DNA of 64,000 nt from Azolla caroliniana (lineage: Eukaryota; Plantae; Polypodiophyta): positions 15,438,001-15,502,000 of the forward strand of contig JBHGNT010000018.1 in assembly GCA_043228905.1 (NCBI GenBank). Reading direction: 5' to 3'. Position numbers and translations under genes: made by a program. The notes under the pieces are model-generated. The model was not told the DNA's origin. It searched no databases and saw only the letters and a list, made by a program, of their open reading frames with translations. Shown here piece by piece: positions 35,171 to 45,293 of this stretch (position 1 is the stretch's first letter; every line of letters begins with the position of its first letter).

Positions 35171-38100
35171 TGTTATACGTTTTAGGGCTAGGGTTAAGGA
35201 CGATGATAATCATGATAAAGATAGACATGGTGGTTATGATGATGATGGAGAGTATGGGATTGATGGCGAGAGAGATCATGTGCATTGAGAAGCATTGCGG
35301 GGTGGGGGGTGGTGCCTAGAATGGCTCCACCCCCCTCCCAAGGGGGTTCAACGTTAAGGGGAGGGAAGAGAGAGAGAGAGAGATGAAAAGAGATATAGAT
35401 AGAGAGAAATGATTCATTTTTCATTCATTCCCCATAAGGGGGTTAAATAGTACAAGAGGGCGTAGATACAAAGGGGTGTAAGCCCCCTAGAGCATTCATA
35501 TTGGACACTCACTCACACCTCCTCGTATCCATCCACATGCACACACGTGTGCATGTGTTCACATATGTATTGACTTACAATTACATTTATGCCCCCTACA
35601 CACACACACAACAATCATCATGATAACATTTGACCCTCGCTCATCACATTGACTCTCCGTACATCTCGTACGGGGTAACACAATATGGCACGCCCGTGGG
35701 AAAGTGCCTTGCATGTCGATCCCACATGCCTTGATGATGATATTTCTTCGACCAAAACTTCCATCGGTTCTTTCAACGATCGACTCCCTCGATCGGAATG
35801 CTTGACTCGAACATCTTTGTCGGTCAGCAAATCGTCCGCGACACAAACATTCTCGTTCTGTCGGCTTACGAACTTTGTCATGGGTCCAAAATCATGTCGT
35901 ATGTATGTGTGTTCTTCCTTTGTTTTGAGTGTGTGTGAGTAGTCTTGGGGATTTTCAAAATTCTAGTGGTGCCCTCTTGTTTTTAAAATTTTATATTGTG
36001 CCCTTATGTTTATGAAATCTTTATGAATACCCTTTATGTTTTTAAAATATTGACAATGCCCTCAGGTTTTTGGAAATTTGTCGGATGCCCTCATTGTTTA
36101 GAAATTTCTTGGATGCTCTTTTATCATTCTCTTTTTCCCTCATTTTTCTGTTTTTGTCTTTTTCTGTTTCTTGCCTCTTCTTCCTCGACCGGTTCCTGTT
36201 TCGTTGCCTTTTCTTCTATCTTTTTCTCATTCTTGCTTCTATCATTGTTCACCTATTTTTCTTTCTTTCCACTCTATCTCTTGTTTTCCATATGCTTGCT
36301 TCTTGCTTCTTCTTTATCTTCTTTTGTCTTCTTCCTTTGATGTTTTGGTCGGCCAGTCTGTGCGTACATCTTCTTCATGGAATCCTCTCTATTCTCCCTT
36401 CTCTTTCTCCTTGTACTTCTTCTGTGTCGTTTCCCGCCATGTCTTCCTCCTTCTTTGGTTCTTTTTCTTCCTTTCGTTTTCTTTTGTTCTGTCTCATTTT
36501 CTGCTTTGTACTTCATCTTTCTCTTCTTTCTATCTTCCTCTTTTGTTTTGCATCTCCCTTCTTCCTATGGTTGTTTTTGCTTCCTCTCCTTCTGATGTTT
36601 TGTGTGTTTCCATTTTTGTCTCTGACTTTGGTTCTAGACCCGTCTCCGTCCGTCGTCCTTCGTCTCTTCATTGTCCGTCGGCGTCTCTATCTCTGTCACT
36701 GGCTGCTGATCCGTCGACGTCGGCGTCCGTGTCACCTCCTCCCAGTCATCCTTCTTTATTTGTCTTTGTATGGCTAGTCCGTCCACTCTAGCCACTCCAG
36801 CCACTCTCCGGTTGTTGTTTGGCCGTCATTCCAGTCGCTACGGTCACTCTTTGGCTACTCTCCGGCCATTTCGACTGTTCCTTGGCTATTGTTCGTCTAT
36901 CGTCATCTCTGTCCCGTCGCTTGTCTGTCTCTAACCAGCCGCTTTCGTTCATCGGTGGTGACTTTCCCTTAGCACTCCCATCCGGCCGTCTCTTTCTCTG
37001 TTCAGCCCTCTAGCGGCTCCGTTCCCGTATCTGTTGCTTCCCTCTGTCGCTCTGTGTTTATCCGCCGCCACTGTCTATTGTCTTTCGGTTCGTACTGACC
37101 GGTTGTCCGGCAGTCAGTTCGTCTGTTGTCCGACTTCTGGTCCATTCCAGATGTCGTTCTGACCGTGCGTCCAGTCCGTTGTCCTGGCCGTGTGTCTGTT
37201 TCTTCGGCCGCATCTGCGCATTTTAGCCGCCCCGACCGCAACCGGCTGCTTTCCGGTCGCCGCCCCTATTCTGCCGTCATCATCGTTGTTCCGGCCGCTC
37301 TTTGGCTGCTTGTTTGATCCAGCCATTGTGTTCATTTGTTTGGCCCGTTCAGTTGTCTCTTCTAGTCTGTTCCGGCCATTCGTCCTGCCGACTCTTTGTG
37401 TCTGTTTGTGTCGGTGTCATTGTTCTGGCCATTGAGCCATCTTAGTTTGAACCGTTCTAGCTAACTTTGTTAGATGTGTCTCTGTATCCAACTGTCTCTG
37501 TCATTTCTTCGTCGTCCGGCGTTGTCCAGTCCGGAGGTCTCTGTTTTGGCGCCGTTCGGCCACTACGACCGCTCTTAGGTCGCTCTCCGGCCTCGTCCAG
37601 CCCTCCGGCCGCTCCGGTTGCTCCAGCTATTGTCCGACTGTTTCCGGTCCTTCCGACTGCTCTTTCCGCAGTCTGGCCCATCGGGCCATGTCTGTCCGGT
37701 CCATCTCCAGACATCTTTGTGGCCGGCCTTGTCGGCGCTCCTCGGTCAGTCTGCAGTTGGCCGTCTGTCCCCTGGCCACTCTGTTCAGTCGTCATACGGT
37801 TGTCGGCCGTTGATATCTGATGGTTGTCTCTTGCATCACACGTTCTTGCACACACACGTTGCTAGTTCTCGTACCTCATTCTGCGACTTTTCTAGGACAT
37901 TGTGATCACCATTTACTGCGCATCATCGATTCGATTTATTGTACATTCTTCCACTCCGTCCATTCATTGACTTCTTTGCAGACATCCTCATCACATATCA
38001 TGCTTCAACTCCGTCTCGCACTTTGCCACCGTCATTTGTCGCTAACCGCAACCGCACACTCGCGTATCTATGTCGTCGTTACTCACACATGTCCACCATT

Positions 38101-38698
38101 TCTTGCACTTAGTCACTATGTCTTGCATCGCCGCATATCATTCTTCGACTCCGTCTCGAAAGGGGGGTCGCCTTAGTGGTCACCAAAATGTGTTATACGT
38201 TTTAGGGCTAGGGTTAAGGACGATGATAATCATGATAAAGATAGACATGGTGGTTATGATGATGATGGAGAGTATGGGATTGATGGCGAGAGAGATCATG
38301 TGCATTGAGAAGCATTGTGGGGTGGGGGGTGGTGCCTAGAATGGCTCCACCCCCCTCCCAAGGGGGTTCAACGTTAAGGGGAGGGAAGAGAGAGAGAGAG
38401 AGATGAAAAGAGATATAGATAGAGAGAAATGATTCATTTTTCATTCATTCCCCATAAGGGGGTTAAATAGTACAAGAGGGCGTAGATACAAAGGGGTGTA
38501 AGCCCCCTAGAGCATTCATATTGGACACTCACTCACACCTCCTCGTATCCATCCACATGCACACACGTGTGCATGTGTTCACATATGTATTGACTTACAA
38601 TTACATTTATGCCCCCTACACACACACAACAATCATCATGATAACATTTGACCCTCGCTCATCACATTGACTCTCCGTACATCTCGTACGGGGTAACA
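35171..38698. mobile_element. Element D: young non-autonomous LTR element (no gag/pol) inserted in B RNase H
   Basis: LTRs 35171-35680 and 38191-38698 (TGTTA...TAACA) differ by one substitution and one CA unit as read; 5 bp TSD AACAC; 2.5 kb low-complexity interior; orientation ambiguous. Confidence 0.93.
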
Positions 38699-38703
38699 AA
38701 CAC

Positions 38704-40368
38704 GAACTCTGGGGTATTGTTTCGGCAGTAAAGGCCGACAAAGACTACTTGATCGGGACAGAAGTGGTTATCGAGACGGATTGCCTGCCGATTCTCGGCA
38801 TGGTTTCCGGATGCGCGACACCGGACCTGGCGATGCTCCGGTGGATAGCGTACATCAAGTCCCTGGACCCGGAAATACGGCACATTTCCGGAAAGGACAA
38901 CGCCATGGCCGACATGCTTTCGAGGGCGAGGTTTGATGACGAGGGCGGCATGGTTTCAGAGGACGAAGAAGTCGGCGTGGACTTCTTCGAGGCGGCGTAC
39001 GTAACGACCGATGGGACGAGCACTCCGGCACTTAACGACTTCGACGAGAGCAAGTACGACGGCGAGTGGCTCCAGATCGGTGGATTTTTTAGGACAATGA
39101 CGCCGGATGCGTCATGGACGAAGGACGAGGCCAACCGGATCCGGAAGAAAGCTTACCGATTCTTTCTCCGGGACGGATACTTATGGAAGCACCCGAAGAA
39201 GAGGAACGGCGTCCCGCTCCGGGTGGTGGTGATGAAGGAAGAACAGGAGGAGCTGCTGACGGCCTACCACGACAGCCCTTGGGCTGGACACCGTGGAACG
39301 TGGGCCACGTTCGAGAAGATAAAGGGGAAGTACTGGTGGCCGGGACTGTACCGGGACGTGCATCAGTTCGTGACGACTTGCGAGAGCTGTCAGATGCACT
39401 CCGTAGTCCGACATCGGGACGAGCTTCACCCTACGTACCCTCCAACCATCCACTTCAAATGGATGGTAGACCTGGTGACGATGCCGATGGGAGTAGGACA
39501 GATGCGGTATCTGGTCCTAGCTTGGGAAGATCTGACGAACCGGGTAGAAGGTCGGGCCCTTCAGAACAAAACGACCGCGGCCGTATGTCGGTTCCTGATT
39601 GAGGATGTCATATGCCGGTACGGGTGCGTCGGGAAGATCGTGGCTGATCGCGGGGAGTTGGACGCCGAAGAGGCCGAGGAGCTGTTCGGCTGGCTAGGAG
39701 TCAAGCTCTCGCTTACCACTGCATACAATCCGGAGGCGAATGGGAAGGTGGAGCGCGGACACGGACCGATCATCAAGGCGTTAGTTCGGGCATGCGGAGG
39801 ACAAGTCGGGAACTGGCCGCAGCTATTGCCTTACGCGTTGTGGGCGAACCGAACTACGCACAGTTCGGTAACCGGATTCATGCCGACAGAACTCATGTTT
39901 GGGCAGAAGCCGGTCATGCCGATGGAACGTACGATCTCCTCGTGGGCAACCGTGGACTGGAGAGACGAGATGAGCCGGGAGGAACTGCTGGTGGCGCGTA
40001 TACGACAGCTCGAGCGAAGACCGGAGGACGTGGAGCAGGCTGTGGAAAAGCTTCGGGAAGCAAGGATGAGGAACAAAGCCCGGTTCGACCGAACGCACCG
40101 GCTCCGACCGAAGAAGATCGAGGAAGGCGACTGGGTGCTAGTCTATGACAACAGCCTCGACAACCAGCACCGAGCGACACGGAAGTTCGCAAGAAGGTGG
40201 TTCGGGCCTTACGTGGTACAAAGCGCCAACGACAACGGGACGTACCATCTGGCGGAACTCGACGGCACGAGAATGGCGATACCGGTAGCTGGGAAGCGGG
40301 TCAAAACGTTCAAGAAGCGTCACGACGACGAGCCGGATCCGGATAACCTAGACCGGGACGATGAATGA
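38704..40368 (+). CDS. Element B RNase H 3' part and integrase (open frame, but part of a disrupted pol)
   Basis: IETDCLP; ADMLSR; HDSPWAGH...CESC zinc domain; ADRGE; NGKVER; WFGPY; no chromodomain. Confidence 0.88.
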   Translation, partial: ELWGIVSAVKADKDYLIGTEVVIETDCLPILGMVSGCATPDLAMLRWIAYIKSLDPEIRHISGKDNAMADMLSRARFDDEGGMVSEDEEVGVDFFEAAYVTTDGTSTPALNDFDESKYDGEWLQIGGFFRTMTPDASWTKDEANRIRKKAYRFFLRDGYLWKHPKKRNGVPLRVVVMKEEQEELLTAYHDSPWAGHRGTWATFEKIKGKYWWPGLYRDVHQFVTTCESCQMHSVVRHRDELHPTYPPTIHFKWMVDLVTMPMGVGQMRYLVLAWEDLTNRVEGRALQNKTTAAVCRFLIEDVICRYGCVGKIVADRGELDAEEAEELFGWLGVKLSLTTAYNPEANGKVERGHGPIIKALVRACGGQVGNWPQLLPYALWANRTTHSSVTGFMPTELMFGQKPVMPMERTISSWATVDWRDEMSREELLVARIRQLERRPEDVEQAVEKLREARMRNKARFDRTHRLRPKKIEEGDWVLVYDNSLDNQHRATRKFARRWFGPYVVQSANDNGTYHLAELDGTRMAIPVAGKRVKTFKKRHDDEPDPDNLDRDDE

Positions 40369-40477
40369 TCCGAAACCGAAGAAGAACCGACGGGCGGAGA
40401 ATAAAGGCTGGACCGGTTTTCTCCATCTCAACTCAATTTGGCGCATGCCGGTGGATGCACGGTTAGGTGGGGGCGGA

Positions 40478-41073
40478 TGTCGTGAAGAAAACCGTCCACA
40501 AGCGGAATCGGTGCACCGGAGCGTAGGAACCGGCTCTTCATGCACGTGTGCCTTACGTTGTACATAGGAGATCCTAGGCAGGTAGATTTGGTAGGTAAGA
40601 AGTAAAGGGGAAACGGCTCTTTCCTGGCTAAAAAAAAAGGAGGGAGATGAGGAGGAGGAGGGGGATCGCGGAGAGTCGAGGGGCTCTCTCTCTCTCTGGT
40701 TCGCAAACGCCATAATTTCCTTCTATGCAGGTTTCGGGAGGCTCGCGCTGCTCTGAGGAATGCCCGAGTGCTTCCGGCAGCACCTCCAACCTACTCCTTC
40801 CTTTCTGTGCGTTTACGAACAGGTATCGGCATCTGTTCGCCGGCCTGTTCGGTTGTAACCGACTCCGTGTTGTGTTGTTTGTCTTTGTTAATACATACAT
40901 ACGTTTGTGTCTCTCTGTGTCGCTGTCCCACTCGCGTCTTTATGTCGAAGGGCCGTGTCCCTGTGAATCTACTCTCGCACGTAGTGGGTCTCTTCTCCTT
41001 TCTCTCTTGCTCTTCGGTACAGGACCCCCGAGGTCCCGCCTCATTCCACGCATCCGCGAGGAATACCTCGACA
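40478..41073 (+). repeat. Element B 3' LTR
   Basis: Direct repeat of 25032-25657. Confidence 0.95.
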
Positions 41074-41077
41074 CCGT

Positions 41078-42902
41078 ATACGAGCCCGACCGGGATAGGA
41101 TGGGTGATCAATCAGGAGAACGAGAGCAGCACGCGGTTCCCGATCCGGTTCAGAGCGAAGGTTCTCAGTGAGCGACAACGAGGATACACCCAAGTTCAGC
41201 GCGAACTTTGGGGTATCGTTTCGGCGGTCAAGACCGATAAAGACTACTTGATTGGAACAAAAGTAATCATCGAGACAGACTGCCTACCAATCCTCGGTAC
41301 GGTTTCCGGATGCGCGACTCTGAACCTGGCAATGCTTAGGTGGATCACATACATTAAGTCCCTGGACCCGTAGATACGACACATCTCCGGAAAGGACAAC
41401 ACCATGGCCGATATGCTTTCTAGAGCGTGTTTCGACGACGAGAACGACATGGTTTCGGAGGACGAAGAAGTCGGCGTAGACTTCTTTTAGTAGGCTCCCG
41501 TAGCCACAAGGGCAGGGAGCACTCCGACGCTTAACGAGTTCAACGAGAGCGAGTATGACGGGGAGTGGCTCCAGGTTGGAAGGTTCTTGATGACAATGGT
41601 GCCAGACACGACATGGACTAAAGAGGAGGCTAACCGAATCCGGAAGAAAGCGTACCGATTCTCCCTACGGGACACAAGTATATGGAAGCTCCCAAAGAAG
41701 CGAGGTGGCATTCCACTTCGTGTAGTGGCGAAAAGGACGAGCAGGACAAGTTATTAACGGCGTACCACGAGAGTCCTTGGGCCGGACACCGCAGGACATG
41801 GGCCACGTTCGAGAAACTGAAAGAGAAATACTGGTGGTCGGGGCTGTACAGGGATGTGTACTAGTTCGTGATGACGTGCGAAAGCTGTCAGCTGCACTCC
41901 ACAGTCCGACATCGAGATGAGCTACACCCGACCTACCCACCAACCGTCCATTTCAAGTGGATGGTAGACTTAGTGACGATGCCGATGGGGGTGGGGCAGA
42001 TGCGGTACATGGTGCTTGCGCAGGAGGATTTGACGAACCAGGTGGAGGGCCACACACTGCAGAACAAGACGACTGCGGCGGCGTGCTGGTTTTTTATCGA
42101 AGAGGTAGTATGTCGGTATGGGTGCGTAGGGAAGATCATGGCGGACCGAGGAGAGCTGAACGCGCAAGAAGCTGAGGAGTTGTTCGACCGGCTAGGGGTC
42201 AAGCTCTCTCTCACCACGACATACAATCCGGAGGCCAACGGGAAGGTAGAACGCGGGCATGGGACGATCGTGAAGGCGCTGGTACGCGCGTGCGACGGAC
42301 AGGTCAGGAATTGGCTGCGACTCCTTCCTTACGCGTTGTGGGCGGACCGGACTACGCACAAATCGGTAACAGGGTTCATGCCAATGGAGCTGATGTACAC
42401 GTAGAAGCCTATCATGCCGGTGGACCGGACGATTTCCTCCTGGGCGGTGATAGATTAGAGAGACGAGATGAGTTGGGAGGAGCTGTTGGTGGCGCGGATT
42501 CGACAGCTCGAGCGAAGACCGGAGGACGTGAAGCATGCAAAGGCGAAGCTACATGCGGCGAGGGAGAGGAACAAAGGCCGGTTCGACCGGACGCACCGGC
42601 TACGGCCAAATAAGATCGAGGAAGGTGACTGGGTGTTGGTGTACGACAACAACCTCGACAACTAGCACAATGCAACGCGCAAATTCACGAGGAGATGGTT
42701 CGGGCCCTACGCCGTAACGAGCGCTAATGATAACGGGACGTATCATCTTGCGGAGCTCGACGGGACGCGATTAACAGTGCCGATAGCTGGGAAGCAGATC
42801 AAGGCGTTCAAGAAGCGGCATGAGGACGAGCCGGACCCGGGAAGCGTGATGGACGACGACGACCGGTTCGGAGCAGACGAGGATTCGGGAAGTGACAGAT
42901 GA
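41078..42902 (+). pseudogene. Element A RNase H and integrase (degenerate)
   Basis: Collinear with B 38704-40368; multiple TAG stops and a frameshift. Confidence 0.9.
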
Positions 42903-42976
42903 TTACAAGTCGGTCTTCTCCAACGATTGTTAGTGTCCGGCGCATACCGGTGGATGCACAGTTTGGTGGGGGTGGA

Positions 42977-43726
42977 TGTCGTGAAAAAAACCGGCCCTAA
43001 GAGGAATCAAGGAATTAAAGGCGTGAACCTGCCCTTGCACAAGTGTGCGCGAATTAATACACTATGCATAACTAGGAATAGGACGGCAGATGTAAATATA
43101 CTAGGTATGACATATTTATTAGCTAGGAAATCGATGCGTATCTCTGTTCGAAGGGACAAAGAATAAAGTTGACGTGTTTTGATGTAACGGCCTCCTCGGC
43201 GACCTATAAAAGGGAGGGGAGAAGAAGAAGAAGGGATCGCGTTTTGGCGAGGACAAGGTGTTGTCGGACTGGGTTTCAAGCTCTCTCCTCCTCTATCGTT
43301 TCTCTCCACTCTGTTTGAGGTCGGTTGCCTCTGTTGTGTGTAAGCTCACGTGCTTCCAACAGAGGCTCCATCGTGCGTTCTCTGTGTTGCGTGTGTGTGC
43401 ATGGGTTCTCTGTGATGGGTCTGTTGTCGGCTTGCCAGTTGTAATCTTGCAAAAATTGTAACCTTGCTAGTTATTGAATTCAAACTTCTGTTTTCTCTCT
43501 CTTGTGTTGTCGTGAGTTCCCTCTACCTTGTCCGATGAGCGTGTATCAGGTTCGAAGACTATATGTGTTGAGGTCTTATTCAGCTAGTAACACTGTCGGC
43601 AACGAGCAGGCCTAGCCGGCGATACACTCACGTATCTCTCTCTCCCTTTTGATCTCTTAAACCCCTCGGTCCAAGACTCCCGCGGTCCCGCCTTAGTTTC
43701 TCCCGCGTGAGCGGAACTACACGACA
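42977..43726 (+). repeat. Element A 3' LTR
   Basis: Direct repeat of 20496-21228, followed by TSD ATGG. Confidence 0.95.
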
Positions 43727-45293
43727 ATGGCTCATAGGTAAGGGCTCTTCAAGCGAGAGCCAAGGGTCGTGGGGGTCTTCTCCGTCTGCTCCTCATGCAA
43801 CGCTTCTTCTTCTTCAAGCGAGAGCCAAAGCTCTTTTGAGTTCAAGATCATCAATGACAAGATGCAACAAAGTCATGTCACTGGTCCTCTAAACCAACTC
43901 AAGGATATCTCTACGAGGCTATACCCTTAGATCTTACATCTCTATCTTCTTTATCTATCTATCTTTTAAGTCACTCAATGTAACAAAGTTACGATAAAAT
44001 ATCAAAGTATCTTCTCAATTCCTGAACTAGTGTAATTTGTGATTTTGGTATCTATTTCCAATTATTTCTTGTAAATATTTTGTCTAAATTAATCACGATC
44101 AAATGAAGAACACGTTAGACTAATCGACTCATAATTTTGAGCCTAGTTGTGATGGCCACCATGTCATGGTAAGGTTTGAACCCATATGTGTACATGCTAA
44201 TAACTTAACTAATTCCTTATTAATATATTGTAACATAATTGCATAAAGGGTCGAACCTTAGAACATTCTAGAACTTTCCGAAACATTCTAGAAAAACCCT
44301 AAAATGCTCCACGACTCACTATATAATGAAACCCCATAAGTCTTGTCGAACCATTTTAGTTAAACACTAGCCTCAAGTCCTCTGAGTAAGCCCTCTCTTG
44401 TGGGGGGGGGGGAATTTTTAATTTTATGATTTTCTTAATGCCCCTCCTTTGACTGAAGCCGTTGAGTCAAATGCTACCTTTGACTCAAGCCTTTGAGTGA
44501 AGACTCTAGCCATCGAGTAAAGGCTAGCGTAACTCTATTCTTCAATTGAAGGCTACTTCGAATCGAGCTTTCGAGTCTTCTATGCGTGATGCTCGTGGCT
44601 GCCATACCTCATCACCACTCGTCGATCGCCACCTTTCACACTATTGTTGATCGATCAATGTCGTCATCCCTGTGCCCACCTAATATACTTAGCCGCGATG
44701 ATTGTTGCGATTGTTGTTGTCACTGTCCACTACCCCGCGAGTGCTATTGGCTACCATCATCCATCGTCGTCATCAACAGGTGATGTTAGTTTATGTCAAC
44801 ACCAACCATGTCATTTTGCTGGCATCACACTTACTCTTTCACTCCCTCTCTCTCCAGAGTCCACAACCGTACCCTTCCTTTATGCTTATTACACTTAAAC
44901 TTTTAAAAAACTTAAAAAGTTCCCTATCCACAAGAAAAGGGAACGAAAAACTAAGCTTCCCCAAATACCCCTCCCTTTAGGCTTCTACCCACCAATACGC
45001 ATTTTATTGTGAAGTGGATGAAAGCATAATATGAACCATACGTGCATTCGCATTCGCGAATGTTGCAATCCTTCGAGGAGGGGCATTTATGTAATATTTG
45101 GAAACCTTGGGATTGAAGGGCCCTATTTTTGTAAATAATGCAAAATTATTTCTTCTCTTCTCGTCGCTGCCAATTTTTCTGCCATTTTTGCCTTCAGATT
45201 TGATTTCCTTCCTTCTGTTCTTTTCTTTCTTCATCAGAGATCTTTTCTTCTTCATCTTCTCCTCCTCCTTCTTCTTTGACAGCATCAGCAGCT

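Larger units (their letters stand above)
25032..41073 (+). mobile_element. Element B: related Ty3/Gypsy LTR retrotransposon inserted in the RNase H of A
   Basis: LTRs 25032-25657 and 40478-41073; imperfect 4 bp TSD TCGT/CCGT; PBS TGGTGAACCCGATGTGA 25661-25677; PPT AGGTGGGGGCGGA before 40478; A's RNase H (SPTGIGW) resumes after 41077. Confidence 0.93.
20496..43726 (+). mobile_element. Element A: non-chromovirus Ty3/Gypsy LTR retrotransposon (outermost, degenerate)
   Basis: LTRs 20496-21228 and 42977-43726 (TGTCGTG...CACGACA); 4 bp TSD ATGG; PBS 21235-21251; PPT GGTGGGGGTGGA 42965-42976; order gag-CCHC-PR-RT-RH-IN; many stops and frameshifts. Confidence 0.95.

Noticed and set aside
36070-36791. 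Hydrophobic 235/206-aa ORFs in element D as an env-like or membrane protein
   Set aside because: Phe/Leu/Ser richness follows from the C/T skew, which keeps several frames open; non-ATG starts and no signal or fusion motifs.
21396-42717. Numerous overlapping antisense and alternative-frame ORFs in the Gypsy and Copia bodies
   Set aside because: Expected shadows of GC-rich coding sequence; not conserved in extent between A and B.
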